Source: Candidatus Latescibacterota bacterium (GTDB lineage: Bacteria > Latescibacterota > UBA2968 > UBA8231). Taken from it: a stretch of DNA of 64,000 bases. The notes beneath the pieces were generated by a model that did no database searches, had not been told where the DNA came from, and was given only the letters and a program-made list of their open reading frames with translations. Position numbers and translations under genes: made by a program. This document shows positions 9,486 through 19,473 of the stretch, piece by piece. How positions within the stretch are numbered: position 1 is the stretch's first letter; each line of letters begins with the position of its first letter. The stretch covers positions 2,112,001 to 2,176,000 of the forward strand of contig OZ244561.1 in NCBI GenBank assembly GCA_965217585.1. Direction: 5' to 3'.

Positions 9486-10598
9486 ATGTCGCTGACCGAA
9501 CAAATTCGCCACAAGGCCCGTGCCTTAGGCTTTACTTCGGTCGGTTTCGCCCCGGCCGACCCATTAAAAGGGGCCGAGTTTTACGCCCGCTGGGTGGCCT
9601 TGGGCTACGCCGGTCAGATGGACTACCTCAAACGCCACCTCGACAAGCGCGAGGACCCGTGCCAGATGGTCCCCGGTGCTCAGACCGCCATCTGCCTCGG
9701 CATGGATTACTACCAACCCACGCCTGCGGCACCTGATCCCCTGCACGGCCGGATCGCTTGTTACGCCCGCGGCGACGACTATCACGACATTGTCAAAAAG
9801 CGCTTGGCGGCACTGTGGGAATTCGTGCTAGCCGAGGCTGGAGGGGAGACAAAAGGCCGCTATTTTGTGGATACGGCCCCAGTCTTAGAGCGCGAACTCG
9901 CCCAGCGGGCGGGCTTGGGCTGGTGGGGTAAGAACACCTGCCTGATCGACAAGCGCCGCGGCTCTTACTTCTTCTTAGCCGAAATCATCACCGACCTCGA
10001 ACTCGACTACGACGAACCCGCCCCAGACCACTGCGGCACCTGCACGCGCTGCTTGGACGCCTGCCCCACCGACGCCTTCCCCGAGCCGTACGTGCTCGAC
10101 GCTCGGCGCTGTATCTCCTACCTCAACATCGAGCTCAAGGGACCGATTCCCCGCGACCTGCGCCAAGGCATGGGCCAATGGATCTTTGGCTGCGACATCT
10201 GTCAAGATGTGTGCCCGTGGAACCGCAAGACCGAGTCGGCTCCAGAGTCGGCGTACAAGAGCCGAGTCGGCCTCGACAGCCCATCGCTCCTCGACCTGAT
10301 CCAACTCGACCGCGAAGCCTTCAACGCACTATTCCGCCGCAATCCGGTCAAGCGCCCTAAGCGCCGTGGCTTTTTGCGCAACGTCGCCGTGGCTTTGGGC
10401 AATTCGGGTATGCAGGCCGCGGTGCCGGCCTTGATCAGCGCACTCGACGACGAAGAGCCGCTAGTGCGCGGCCACGTAGCTTGGGCTTTGGGTCAACTCG
10501 GGGGCGATGCGGCAAAAGGGGCGCTCGAACGGCGCTTGAGAATAGAAGAAGATGCGGAAGTACGGGGGGAACTAAAAGACGCGCTGGCCGCGCAGTAA
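9486..10598 (+). CDS. queG: Epoxyqueuosine reductase with C-terminal HEAT repeats
   Basis: YARGDDYH, VDTAPVLER, CGTCTRCLDACPT, FGCDICQDVCPWN. Confidence 0.95.
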   Translation: MSLTEQIRHKARALGFTSVGFAPADPLKGAEFYARWVALGYAGQMDYLKRHLDKREDPCQMVPGAQTAICLGMDYYQPTPAAPDPLHGRIACYARGDDYHDIVKKRLAALWEFVLAEAGGETKGRYFVDTAPVLERELAQRAGLGWWGKNTCLIDKRRGSYFFLAEIITDLELDYDEPAPDHCGTCTRCLDACPTDAFPEPYVLDARRCISYLNIELKGPIPRDLRQGMGQWIFGCDICQDVCPWNRKTESAPESAYKSRVGLDSPSLLDLIQLDREAFNALFRRNPVKRPKRRGFLRNVAVALGNSGMQAAVPALISALDDEEPLVRGHVAWALGQLGGDAAKGALERRLRIEEDAEVRGELKDALAAQ

Positions 10599-10602
10599 CC
10601 CC

Positions 10603-11526
10603 TCACTCGGCGAACAACGCGCGGGCGAATGCCGCCCCGTCAAACGGCTGCAAATCATCCACCCCCTCGCCCACCCCAATCAGCTTCACGGGCAGATCCA
10701 TCTGACGCCGTAGCGCGACGACGATCCCGCCCTTAGCCGTCCCGTCCAGCTTGGTCAGCACGAGCCCGGTCAACTCGGTGGCTTGGTTGAACGCGGTCGC
10801 CTGCGACAGGGCATTCTGGCCGCTGGTCCCGTCGAGTACCAGCAGGGTTTCGTGCGGGGCTGTTGGGTCTTGCTTGGCCAGCGAGCGGCGGATCTTTTTG
10901 AGTTCCTCCATCAAGTTGACCTTGTTGTGCAAGCGGCCAGCCGTGTCCACTAGCAGCACGTCGGCCCCGCGCGACTTGGCCGCGGCGAGCGCATCGAAGG
11001 CCACGGCCGCTGGGTCAGCTCCTTGCTGCGTGCGTATCAGGTCGGCTCCGGCGCGCTCTGCCCAGATGGCAAGCTGGGGGATCGCTGCGGCCCGGAACGT
11101 GTCGCCGGCAGCGATTACCACCTTCTTGCCGGCATCGGCGTATTGCTTGGCCAGCTTGCCGACCGTGGTCGTCTTGCCGGTGCCGTTGACGCCGACGATC
11201 AGCACGACAAACGGCTTGCCCGGTAGCTCGCCGGCTAGGGGCAAGGCCGCGCCGTTGTCGAGGGTCATTATCGCGGCTACTTGCTCTTCTAGCACCTGCA
11301 TCACCCCGTCCGGCCCGTCCGCCATTTGCCCGCGCCCGAGTCGCTCGCGCAGCTCATCGACGAGTTCGGTGGCGGTCTCCAGCCCCATATCAGCGCCGAT
11401 TAGCGCGGCCTCGATATCGTCGATGGCGTCGTCGTCCAAGCGGGGATTGCCAGCGATAACATCGGTCATCGCCTGCCGCGTCTGCGCCAATCCCTGCTTT
11501 ACTTTGTCGAAAAATTTGCCCAGCAT
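10603..11526 (-). CDS. ftsY: SRP receptor FtsY
   Basis: [32 protein letters not shown]. Confidence 0.96.
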   Translation of the reverse strand: MLGKFFDKVKQGLAQTRQAMTDVIAGNPRLDDDAIDDIEAALIGADMGLETATELVDELRERLGRGQMADGPDGVMQVLEEQVAAIMTLDNGAALPLAGELPGKPFVVLIVGVNGTGKTTTVGKLAKQYADAGKKVVIAAGDTFRAAAIPQLAIWAERAGADLIRTQQGADPAAVAFDALAAAKSRGADVLLVDTAGRLHNKVNLMEELKKIRRSLAKQDPTAPHETLLVLDGTSGQNALSQATAFNQATELTGLVLTKLDGTAKGGIVVALRRQMDLPVKLIGVGEGVDDLQPFDGAAFARALFAE

Positions 11527-11745
11527 AAACGGTTGTCTTTCGGTTTATCGCGCCGCAAGACGCAGAATTGACTCAAAAACTCACTATTTTTGGCATAAGG
11601 TTTAAAAGCTGTCTGAAAACCCCCGACGGACCGTGTTGAGCAGTGGTCAAATCCCGACGGAGCGTTTTCGTTTTTTGGAGTTCCTGAGCTTTTATATTTT
11701 TATACACACGTTTTATCTTCTTTGACTCTTCCGAGAATAAAAATA

Positions 11746-11808
11746 TAACTCATTTCGACTACGGGATTGTATCGACTACGGGATTGTAACTCATTTCGAC
11801 TACGGGAT
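11746..11808. repeat. Three direct repeats of TCGACTACGGGAT
   Basis: Copies at 11755-11767, 11772-11784, 11796-11808; copies 1 and 3 share the prefix AACTCATT. Confidence 0.9.
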
Positions 11809-11836
11809 CGCCACGGTCCGAAATAATTACACAATA

Positions 11837-11878
11837 TATAGTATGTAGCTAGTATATTATAGTATGTAGCTAGTATAT
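11837..11878. repeat. Perfect 21-bp tandem duplication TATAGTATGTAGCTAGTATAT x2
   Basis: Read directly at 11837-11857 and 11858-11878. Confidence 0.92.
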
Positions 11879-11880
11879 AG

Positions 11881-11933
11881 CTCAATATTGAGAATAATTA
11901 TGTATTGACCGAAGCTAAATCATTATATAACAT
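11881..11933 (+). promoter_or_regulatory. Putative TBDR promoter with palindrome and Fur-box-like site
   Basis: Palindrome CTCAATATTGAG (11881-11892); TGAGAAT-A-ATTATGT (11889-11903) resembles the Fur 7-1-7 box; TTGACC at 11905 with TAACAT 17 nt later. Confidence 0.45.
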
Positions 11934-11998
11934 AAGTGTCGTCTCAAGTAAGTTAAAATAATATACCATCTACCCTTCTCCTGAAGGAGGAAAATTCG

Positions 11999-14620
11999 AT
12001 GAAAGAGTGCTTATCTGCTTTCGCATTAGTCTTTGGCCTTTCGGCTCTGCTCTCTGTGAGCTTGGTCTCTGACGCCGTGGCCCAAGACTCAATGGAAGAG
12101 GAAGAGACCGCCGCAGAAGAAATGGCCGCCGCAGAAGAGGAAATGCTCGAAGGTGTGGTGGAGATTGAAGAGCTGGTGGTGACCGGTTCGCGGGCGCAGT
12201 CGCGCACCGTAACCGACTCACCCGTGCCCATTGACGTCATCGGCAGAGAAGAATTTGCCAAGCAAGGAGGGGTGGATCTAGCAGATCTTCTGCGGAATAT
12301 CGTGCCCTCGTACAACGTCAATACCCAGCCTATCAGCGATGCAGGCACGGTCGTCCGACCGCCCAACATGCGGGGGCTGGCCCCCGACCACGCGCTGGTC
12401 TTGATCAACGGCAAGCGCCGCCATCGCGCTGCGGTGATTCACTGGTTGGGCAATGGGGTCGCCGATGGCGCGCAGGGTCCCGATTTGGCACCCATCCCGG
12501 CGATCGCGCTCAAGCGAGTGGAAGTTCTCCGCGACGGCGCGTCGGCCCAGTACGGCTCGGACGCCATTGCCGGCGTGTTGAACTTCCGCCTCAAGGATCG
12601 TTCCGAAGGGCTTTCGGTCGAGACCAAAGTCGGCAGCTTCCAAGACGGCGAAGGCATCCTCGGCGATGGCGAGTTGTTTTCTATCGCTGGCAATCTCGGC
12701 TTGGGCAACGAGAGTGCGTGGGCCAACCTCAGCTTGGAATACGGCAACGCGGGCGAAACCATCCGCTCGGTGCAGCGCAATGATGCCGCGGCCCTGCTCG
12801 CCGCGGGCAATACGAATGTGAACAATCCCGCCCAAATCTGGGGGCAGCCCTACATCAGAGACGATCTGAAGTTCTTCGCCAACTACGGTGCCAATCTTGG
12901 CGAGAACCTCGACTTCTACGGTCACGCCAACTACGCCAGCAAGGAGACGGAAGGCGGGTTCTATTTCCGCAATCCCCATACCCGCAGCGGCGTGTTTAAG
13001 GGGCCGTTGCTCGATCTAGATGACGATGGCGAGCCCGAGACTGGATCCCTGCTAGTGGGCGATTTGGACGGCGTGGGTCAGGGCAGTGAATGCGCCCCGG
13101 TACCCATAATCGACAACAAGCCGGACCAGGAGGCTTGGCTACAGGTCCGCGACGACCCCAATTGCTTCTCATTCCTGAAAATGTTTCCCGGTGGTTTCAC
13201 GCCCCGCTTCGGCGGCTTCACCACGGATGAATCCATTCTCTTGGGCCTGAAGGGATTTGCGGCCGAGACGTTGGGTTGGAGCGTGAGCGCGTCTTATGGC
13301 CGACACCACGCGGACTACTTTATCTTCAATACCGTGAATGCCTCAATGGGGCCTGATACGCCGACATTGTTCAACCCTGGAGACTACATCCAGACGGATG
13401 TCAACTTAAACCTCGACCTTACGTACCCGGTCAGCGACCAGTTGTTCTTGGCTGCGGGGCTCGAACGTCGAAACGAAGGATTCGAGATCGAGGAGGGACA
13501 GATCGAGTCCTACCTGATTGGTCAGCCGTTGGCCAGCCAAGGGTTTCAGCCTGCCACCAATGGTTTCTCGGGCTTTAGCAAGGTGGCCGCCGGCCGCTGG
13601 GATCGCACCAACACGGCCCTGTACGTGGAGGCGGATCTCGAGCCGATTGATCCGTTGCTGATTTCCGTGGCACTGCGCTCGGAGAATTTCGACGACTTTG
13701 GCAGCACAACCAACTACAAGGTAGCCTCCAATTTCGCCGTTACGGACGACCTGAAGCTGCGCGGTAGTTATAGCACCGGCTTTAGGGCACCGACGCCTGG
13801 CCAGCAAAATGCCTTCAACATAACGACCGAGTTCAACTTCGAGAAGAACGACTTGGTCAACAACGGCACCGTGCCTTCTACCAGCCGCGCAGTTGGGCTG
13901 GCCCTCGGTTTAGAGGGCGGTGGGCCGGCGCTCGATTCTGAAAAGTCGGTCAACCTCTCTGGGGGCGTCGTCGTCAAGATGGGTGCCGTTAGTGCGACGG
14001 TCGACTATTTCAACATCACGGTCGAGGACCGCCTGACGGTCTCGCAAGACTTCGCGTTGAACGATGAGCAGAAACAGCAGCTAATCAACGAGGGCCTAAC
14101 CAGCGCGGCCGGCTTGCAGGAGTTCCGCTTCTTCACCAATGACTTCGACTCCGCCACCAGCGGGATTGACCTCGTGGTGTCGGCACCGGTGGGTTCGGGG
14201 AGGCTGAGCCTCGCCTACAACTACACGAGCTCCGAAGTCACCGACTACAACCCAGACATTCTGGACGATCTCCGGCTCAGAGAATTGGAGGAGAATCTTC
14301 CCAAGCAGCGCGGGAATTTGACGCTGACCCAAGCTCTGAGCGAGCGTTGGAGTGGCCTAGGCCGCGCCAGCTACTTCGGCGAATGGTACGACTCTGAAGA
14401 CGATCAAGTCTATAGTGGCAAGGTGCTGTTTGACCTTGAAACCGGCATCTCGTTTGGTGATGATGCGTCTTCGATCGCCATTGGCGCACAGAATATTCTC
14501 AACACCTATCCTGACGAACATGAACTAGCCGCTGAGCGGACCGGCAACAGGTACAGCCAGTTCAGCCCATTTGGCTTTGGTGGCGCATTCTGGTACGTGA
14601 AATACAGCTACAGTCTCTAG
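11999..14620 (+). CDS. TonB-dependent receptor
   Basis: Signal peptide, EELVVTGSR TonB box, LVLINGKR, RVEVLRDGASAQYGSDAIAGVLN plug, aromatic C-terminal strand. Confidence 0.95.
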   Translation: MKECLSAFALVFGLSALLSVSLVSDAVAQDSMEEEETAAEEMAAAEEEMLEGVVEIEELVVTGSRAQSRTVTDSPVPIDVIGREEFAKQGGVDLADLLRNIVPSYNVNTQPISDAGTVVRPPNMRGLAPDHALVLINGKRRHRAAVIHWLGNGVADGAQGPDLAPIPAIALKRVEVLRDGASAQYGSDAIAGVLNFRLKDRSEGLSVETKVGSFQDGEGILGDGELFSIAGNLGLGNESAWANLSLEYGNAGETIRSVQRNDAAALLAAGNTNVNNPAQIWGQPYIRDDLKFFANYGANLGENLDFYGHANYASKETEGGFYFRNPHTRSGVFKGPLLDLDDDGEPETGSLLVGDLDGVGQGSECAPVPIIDNKPDQEAWLQVRDDPNCFSFLKMFPGGFTPRFGGFTTDESILLGLKGFAAETLGWSVSASYGRHHADYFIFNTVNASMGPDTPTLFNPGDYIQTDVNLNLDLTYPVSDQLFLAAGLERRNEGFEIEEGQIESYLIGQPLASQGFQPATNGFSGFSKVAAGRWDRTNTALYVEADLEPIDPLLISVALRSENFDDFGSTTNYKVASNFAVTDDLKLRGSYSTGFRAPTPGQQNAFNITTEFNFEKNDLVNNGTVPSTSRAVGLALGLEGGGPALDSEKSVNLSGGVVVKMGAVSATVDYFNITVEDRLTVSQDFALNDEQKQQLINEGLTSAAGLQEFRFFTNDFDSATSGIDLVVSAPVGSGRLSLAYNYTSSEVTDYNPDILDDLRLRELEENLPKQRGNLTLTQALSERWSGLGRASYFGEWYDSEDDQVYSGKVLFDLETGISFGDDASSIAIGAQNILNTYPDEHELAAERTGNRYSQFSPFGFGGAFWYVKYSYSL

Positions 14621-14645
14621 GAACGCCGGACGGCAATCCTACGTT

Positions 14646-14689
14646 ATACAAAAGGCCGGGTACCTGTTTTGGTACTCGGCCTTTTGTAT
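14646..14689. terminator. Intrinsic (probably bidirectional) terminator
   Basis: ATACAAAAGGCCGGGTACC-loop-GGTACTCGGCCTTTTGTAT directly after the TBDR. Confidence 0.85.
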
Positions 14690-14720
14690 CTCATCCCTTT
14701 GCCTGCATTGGACGCAAGAT

Positions 14721-16358
14721 ATGGCTACATCCTACCGCGACGCCCTAGAACACATCCGCCGCGCCTTTCCCCAACCAGTATCCGACCCCATTCACGATTC
14801 GTATTTCGTGCATTCCATCATGCGTGCCTTGGATCAGGTCGATGCGCTGAAGATGCAGTTGCCGACGCTTGGTCCGGTGGTTTCTGGCGACTTTGCTGAA
14901 GCGCAAAACGCCGAGCTGCCCGCTGAGATGTCTTCGGTCGAGGCGGTTACCTCCGATCTCGTCAGCTACCTGCGCGGCATAACCATCTCCAGCCATCCCC
15001 ACACCCAACAAAACGTCATCGCGCCCCCGACCATCCCCAGCCTCATCGGCGTCTTACTCGCCTCGTTGCACAACCCCAACATCGCCTGGGATGAGTACAG
15101 CCGTCTCGTCGCCTTGGCCGAAGTCGAAGCGGTCGGCATTACCGCGCGGATGGTTGGCTACGACCCACAACAGGCCAGCGGCACGTTTACCTTTGGCGGG
15201 ACCGGCACCACGCTCTATGGGGTAAAGATCGGTCTGGAAAAAGCCTGCCCCCGGGCCATGGACCAGGGCGTACCTAAAGATGTAGTGGTCCTCGTTTCCG
15301 ACGCCGGGCACTATTGCGCCCACAACATCGTCGGATGGCTCGGCATTGGCACCGACCAGTTGATCGTCATTCCGACAATAGCCGACAACGAAATCGACCT
15401 CGCGCAGCTAGCGGATGCAGCGCGGGGGGCCTTGGACAGCGGAAAAAAGATCGCCGCCATTATTGCGACTATGGGGACTACGGATGCGTTCGGCTTGGAC
15501 GACTTGCAGGCGATTGCGACCTTGCGCGACTCGCTCGTCGATGAATTCCAACTCTCCTACCGCCCGCACATCCACGCCGACTCGGTCATTGGCTGGGCGT
15601 GGTCGGTGTTCAACGACTACGATTTTCAGGACAACCCCTTGGAGTTTCGACCGCGGACCCTGCGCGCCCTCGCTGGCGCGTGCCGGCGCATCCGCCATCT
15701 GGCGCTGGCCGATTCCATGGGCATTGACTTCCACAAGACCGGCTTTGCCCCGTATATCTCCAGCCTGGTCCTCGTCAAAGATCGCACGGATTTGCACCTA
15801 CTGATACGCAGCCCGGAGCAGATGCCGTACCTCTATCACTTTGGCGACCACCGCCCCGGCATGTACACTCTCGAAACATCCAGAGCCGGGACCGGCCCAC
15901 TGACTGCGCTGGCCAATTTTCGCTTTTTCGGCGAGCAGGGATTGCGCGTCGCACTCGGGCACATCGTCGAGATGACCCAGCTTTTGCGCGAGCACCTCGA
16001 AGGACACGAAGCCATCACCGTGCTCAACCGCGACAACTTTGGCACGGTAACGCTCTTCCGGGTGTATCCACCCGACGTGGATACTTTTGCGATCAAGCGC
16101 CAAGAATTTGACGATCCGGCCTATCGGGAGACGCTGCTAGCCCACAACGACTACAACCGAAAAATTTTCGATTACGTGCATGCGGAGGCCATGGCCGGAC
16201 GCGGGGTCGTCCTTTCCTCGACCGACTGCTACCGGCACACCCAATATCAGGAACCGATTGTCGCGCTGAAGTCCTTTATCGTGTCGCCGTTTGTGGATGA
16301 AGGGGATATCGAAGTCGTAGTGGCAAAGGTCTTGGAAGCAAGAGAAAAGCTCGCCTGA
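14721..16358 (+). CDS. Group II PLP-dependent decarboxylase
   Basis: FTFGGTG, ATMGTTDAFGLD, HIHADS, IDFHK (PLP lysine). Confidence 0.88.
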   Translation: MATSYRDALEHIRRAFPQPVSDPIHDSYFVHSIMRALDQVDALKMQLPTLGPVVSGDFAEAQNAELPAEMSSVEAVTSDLVSYLRGITISSHPHTQQNVIAPPTIPSLIGVLLASLHNPNIAWDEYSRLVALAEVEAVGITARMVGYDPQQASGTFTFGGTGTTLYGVKIGLEKACPRAMDQGVPKDVVVLVSDAGHYCAHNIVGWLGIGTDQLIVIPTIADNEIDLAQLADAARGALDSGKKIAAIIATMGTTDAFGLDDLQAIATLRDSLVDEFQLSYRPHIHADSVIGWAWSVFNDYDFQDNPLEFRPRTLRALAGACRRIRHLALADSMGIDFHKTGFAPYISSLVLVKDRTDLHLLIRSPEQMPYLYHFGDHRPGMYTLETSRAGTGPLTALANFRFFGEQGLRVALGHIVEMTQLLREHLEGHEAITVLNRDNFGTVTLFRVYPPDVDTFAIKRQEFDDPAYRETLLAHNDYNRKIFDYVHAEAMAGRGVVLSSTDCYRHTQYQEPIVALKSFIVSPFVDEGDIEVVVAKVLEAREKLA

Positions 16359-16366
16359 AGCCGCCG

Positions 16367-17731
16367 CTATTTCTCCTGCGCTACCACGGCGTCCCGGATT
16401 TCGCGGATGGTGCCTTCCAGCCGGTCTAGACGCTCGTTGGTGTCTTTTATGTCTTCCTGAATTTTCGTTACGATCCCGACCTGCTCTTCAAGCTCCTCGA
16501 CCTTCAAGGAGTCCTCATCGCTTACGAGGATGCTCGTCAGCGTCGCCGTAAAAACACCCACTAGAACCATACCCGTAATCACCAGAAAAACGGTGAGGAT
16601 TTTGCCCGAAGCCGTCTCGGGATTGTGGATGTCGGCGTACCCACCGGTGACCAGCGTCGTAAAACTCCACCAAAGACTCGCCCAGAATCCCGAACCAGAA
16701 TCCATGCGCTCCAAGCCCATGAAAATGCAGGCCCCAAACACGAGCGATAACAAGCCGTATAGTAGGGACCGCTTGAGGAGCCGCACGTCCAAGGTGGAGC
16801 TCAAGTGATCCATGCCTCGCCAGAAAAACAGCGCGATGCGGAACACTCTCAGCGCCCGCAAAATCCGCATGGCCCGGAGCAGACGCCCGAGGCGGACAAA
16901 CTCCAGTTGGCCGGACGCGGCAATGACTTGCACTGGAGGCAGCGGAATGGACGTTATGAAGTCGATCCAGTTGCGCTTCCAGTACCACTTTTTGGACGCG
17001 GCGAGGGTGTGTTCAAAAAAGAAGTTGACCATAAAAACCGTGCAGCAGATCACGTCGAGGATCCAAAATAGCCACAGCTTGCCGACTGCAAAGTGGGGCG
17101 CGATCTCCACTGTGGGATTGACGTAGTGTTCGCCGGCCTCAATGACTTCCACTTGGGTTAGCTTGCCCTCGACGACCTGCCCGGTAACCAAGGCACCAGA
17201 CCCCACTTTGTCCTCTATTTCAATATTCACCCGTTCGTAGCTAGTGCCCTCACTCAGAACGACGACTCGGCGTATCTGGCCGTTCTCAACTTCGGCTCGG
17301 GCAACGGCCCCGCCGCCAGTGGCCCCAATGCCGAGCAAGTCAACCACCAGAATGCCAATAATAAAAAGGATGAGGAAAAAGATGAGCATGTCTTTGACCA
17401 TCACCCTTTTGGTACTGCCAAGCACCCGCGCCTGTTGGTTCATCAGGTGCTTCTTTTGCCGTGCTTCCTCAATGATCGCGGCCTTGTCTAGCAGCTTATC
17501 TTTTTCGGCGTTTAACCTTGCGATCTGCGATTCAGCTTTATCCAGATTCAGTTCGTATTGGCCGTGCCTTTTGCTCAAACTGACCGTTTCTACCTTCTCG
17601 ATCATTTCGTCGAGTTCTTTTTCTTTTTCGGCTAGCTGACGGTCAATACTATCTATCTCCTGCATTACCACATCCTTCATCTTGGTAATGCGTTCGAGAG
17701 AGCACGATTCCAGTCGCTTTGAGAATGACAT
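16367..17731 (-). CDS. 6TM voltage-gated ion channel with N-terminal coiled coil and atypical pore
   Basis: WIDFITSIP (S3), RLGRLLRAMRILRALRVFR (S4), WWSFTTLVTGGYAD pore, C-terminal coiled coil; probable start MSFSKR. Confidence 0.88.
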   Translation of the reverse strand: MSFSKRLESCSLERITKMKDVVMQEIDSIDRQLAEKEKELDEMIEKVETVSLSKRHGQYELNLDKAESQIARLNAEKDKLLDKAAIIEEARQKKHLMNQQARVLGSTKRVMVKDMLIFFLILFIIGILVVDLLGIGATGGGAVARAEVENGQIRRVVVLSEGTSYERVNIEIEDKVGSGALVTGQVVEGKLTQVEVIEAGEHYVNPTVEIAPHFAVGKLWLFWILDVICCTVFMVNFFFEHTLAASKKWYWKRNWIDFITSIPLPPVQVIAASGQLEFVRLGRLLRAMRILRALRVFRIALFFWRGMDHLSSTLDVRLLKRSLLYGLLSLVFGACIFMGLERMDSGSGFWASLWWSFTTLVTGGYADIHNPETASGKILTVFLVITGMVLVGVFTATLTSILVSDEDSLKVEELEEQVGIVTKIQEDIKDTNERLDRLEGTIREIRDAVVAQEK

Positions 17732-17771
17732 GGTCTGTCGTCCTGTGTAGTTTGCGGGTCCTCGATCCCTC

Positions 17772-19445
17772 TCAGAACAACCCCTTGATCTGTCCTGCGT
17801 CGTCGAGGTCAATCGACTCGGCCGAGGGCTTCTTTGGCAGGCCAGGCATCGTCATAATATCGCCCGTCAGCACCACCACAAAGCCAGCCCCCGCCGAGAC
17901 CTTGACGTCGCGGATCGGCACGTCAAAGCCGCGCGGCCGCCCTTTGAGCCCAGGATCGGTCGATAGCGAGTACTGGGTCTTGGCGATGCAGACGGGCAGG
18001 TTGCCGTAGCCTTCGTCCTCCAGCCGCCTGAACTTGCTCCGCAGCATCTTGTCGCCCATGATGTCGTCGGCCCCGTAGATCGCTTGGGCAACGGTGCGGA
18101 CCTTGTCCCAAAGCCGCATGTCATCGGGATAGAGCAACTTGAAATCACTCTGCGTGTTTTCGGCCACCTGTACCACGGTGCGGGCGAGGTCTTCGGCACC
18201 CGCGCCACCGCGAGCGTGGTGATCCGCGGGGACGATCTCAACGCCGAGGTGAGCGCACTTGTCGTGGATGGACTGAATCTCGTCGTCGGTGTCCGTGGCG
18301 AAGGCATTGACGGCTACGACGACGGGCAAGCCGAAGAGGCGGATGTTTTCGATGTGCTTCTTGAGGTTTTCGACGCCCCGTTCAACCGCCCCGACATTGG
18401 GTTTGGCGATGCTTTTGAGCGCGGCACCGCCGTGAAATTTGAGTGCGCGCACCGTGGCTACCAATACTACGAGGTCGGGTGCTAGGCCACTCTGGCGGCA
18501 CTTGATGTTGGCGAATTTTTCCGCGCCCAAGTCCGCGCCAAAGCCGGCCTCGGTGACGGTGTATTCGGATAGGCGCGTGCTCAGGCGGGTGGCGGCGATG
18601 GAGTTGCAGCCGTGGGCAATATTGGCAAAAGGACCGCCGTGGACTAAAGCCGGGTTGCCCTCTAGGGTCTGCACCAAGTTGGGTTGGCAGGCGTCCTTGA
18701 GCAGCACTGCCATAGCGCCGTGGACCGCTAGGTCCGCAGCGCGAACGGTCTCGCGGGCGCGGGTCTGGGCGACGACGATCCGGCCCAGCCGCTCTTTGAG
18801 CTCGGCCCGCGATTCGGACAGGCAGAGGATGGCCATGACCTCCGAGGCGACGGCAATGTCGAACCCCGATTGGCGCGGAAAGGAGTTGGCAGTCCCCCCT
18901 AGCCCAACGACGATCTCGCGCAGTGCCCGGTCATTTATATCGAGGACGCGGTTCCAGACGATGCGGCGGTGATCAATGCGGCGCACATTGCCGTGGTGGA
19001 TGTAGTTGTCGAGGGCCGCGGCGAGTAGGTTGTGCGCGGTGGAGACGGCGTGGATATCGCCAGTGAAGTGCAAGTTGATGTCCTCCATCGGTGCCACCTG
19101 AGCGTAGCCGCCGCCAGCACCGCCGCCCTTCATGCCGAAGCAAGGCCCCAGCGAAGGCTCCCGCAGGCAGACAGTGGCGCGCTTGCCAATGCGGTTGAGC
19201 GCGTCGCCGAGGCCGATGGTGGTTGTGGTCTTGCCCTCGCCAGCCGGAGTCGGGTTGATGGCCGAGACGAGGACCAACTTGCCGGTAGTCGGTGCGTTTT
19301 CGAGCTGCTGGCAGAAATCCTGCGAGATCTTGGCCTTGACGCGGCCATAGTGTTCGAGGTGTTCGGAGCCGATCCCGAGTTGGGCGGCCACGTCGTCGAT
19401 GGGGCGGAGTGAGGTCTGGCGAGCGATTTCGATATCCGGTAGCAA
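17772..19445 (-). CDS. fhs: Formate--tetrahydrofolate ligase
   Basis: [40 protein letters not shown]; TTG start with AGGAG RBS. Confidence 0.97.
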   Translation of the reverse strand: MLPDIEIARQTSLRPIDDVAAQLGIGSEHLEHYGRVKAKISQDFCQQLENAPTTGKLVLVSAINPTPAGEGKTTTTIGLGDALNRIGKRATVCLREPSLGPCFGMKGGGAGGGYAQVAPMEDINLHFTGDIHAVSTAHNLLAAALDNYIHHGNVRRIDHRRIVWNRVLDINDRALREIVVGLGGTANSFPRQSGFDIAVASEVMAILCLSESRAELKERLGRIVVAQTRARETVRAADLAVHGAMAVLLKDACQPNLVQTLEGNPALVHGGPFANIAHGCNSIAATRLSTRLSEYTVTEAGFGADLGAEKFANIKCRQSGLAPDLVVLVATVRALKFHGGAALKSIAKPNVGAVERGVENLKKHIENIRLFGLPVVVAVNAFATDTDDEIQSIHDKCAHLGVEIVPADHHARGGAGAEDLARTVVQVAENTQSDFKLLYPDDMRLWDKVRTVAQAIYGADDIMGDKMLRSKFRRLEDEGYGNLPVCIAKTQYSLSTDPGLKGRPRGFDVPIRDVKVSAGAGFVVVLTGDIMTMPGLPKKPSAESIDLDDAGQIKGLF

Positions 19446-19473
19446 AGTGAACTCCTGATTTGAATAAGTTGGC

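Noticed and set aside
11746-11878. CRISPR array
   Set aside because: Repeats are 13-21 bp, nearly adjacent, with no unique 30-40 bp spacers and no cas genes
11527-11998. Replication origin oriC
   Set aside because: Only one DnaA-box-like 9-mer (11700-11708) and no dnaA/dnaN/gidA context
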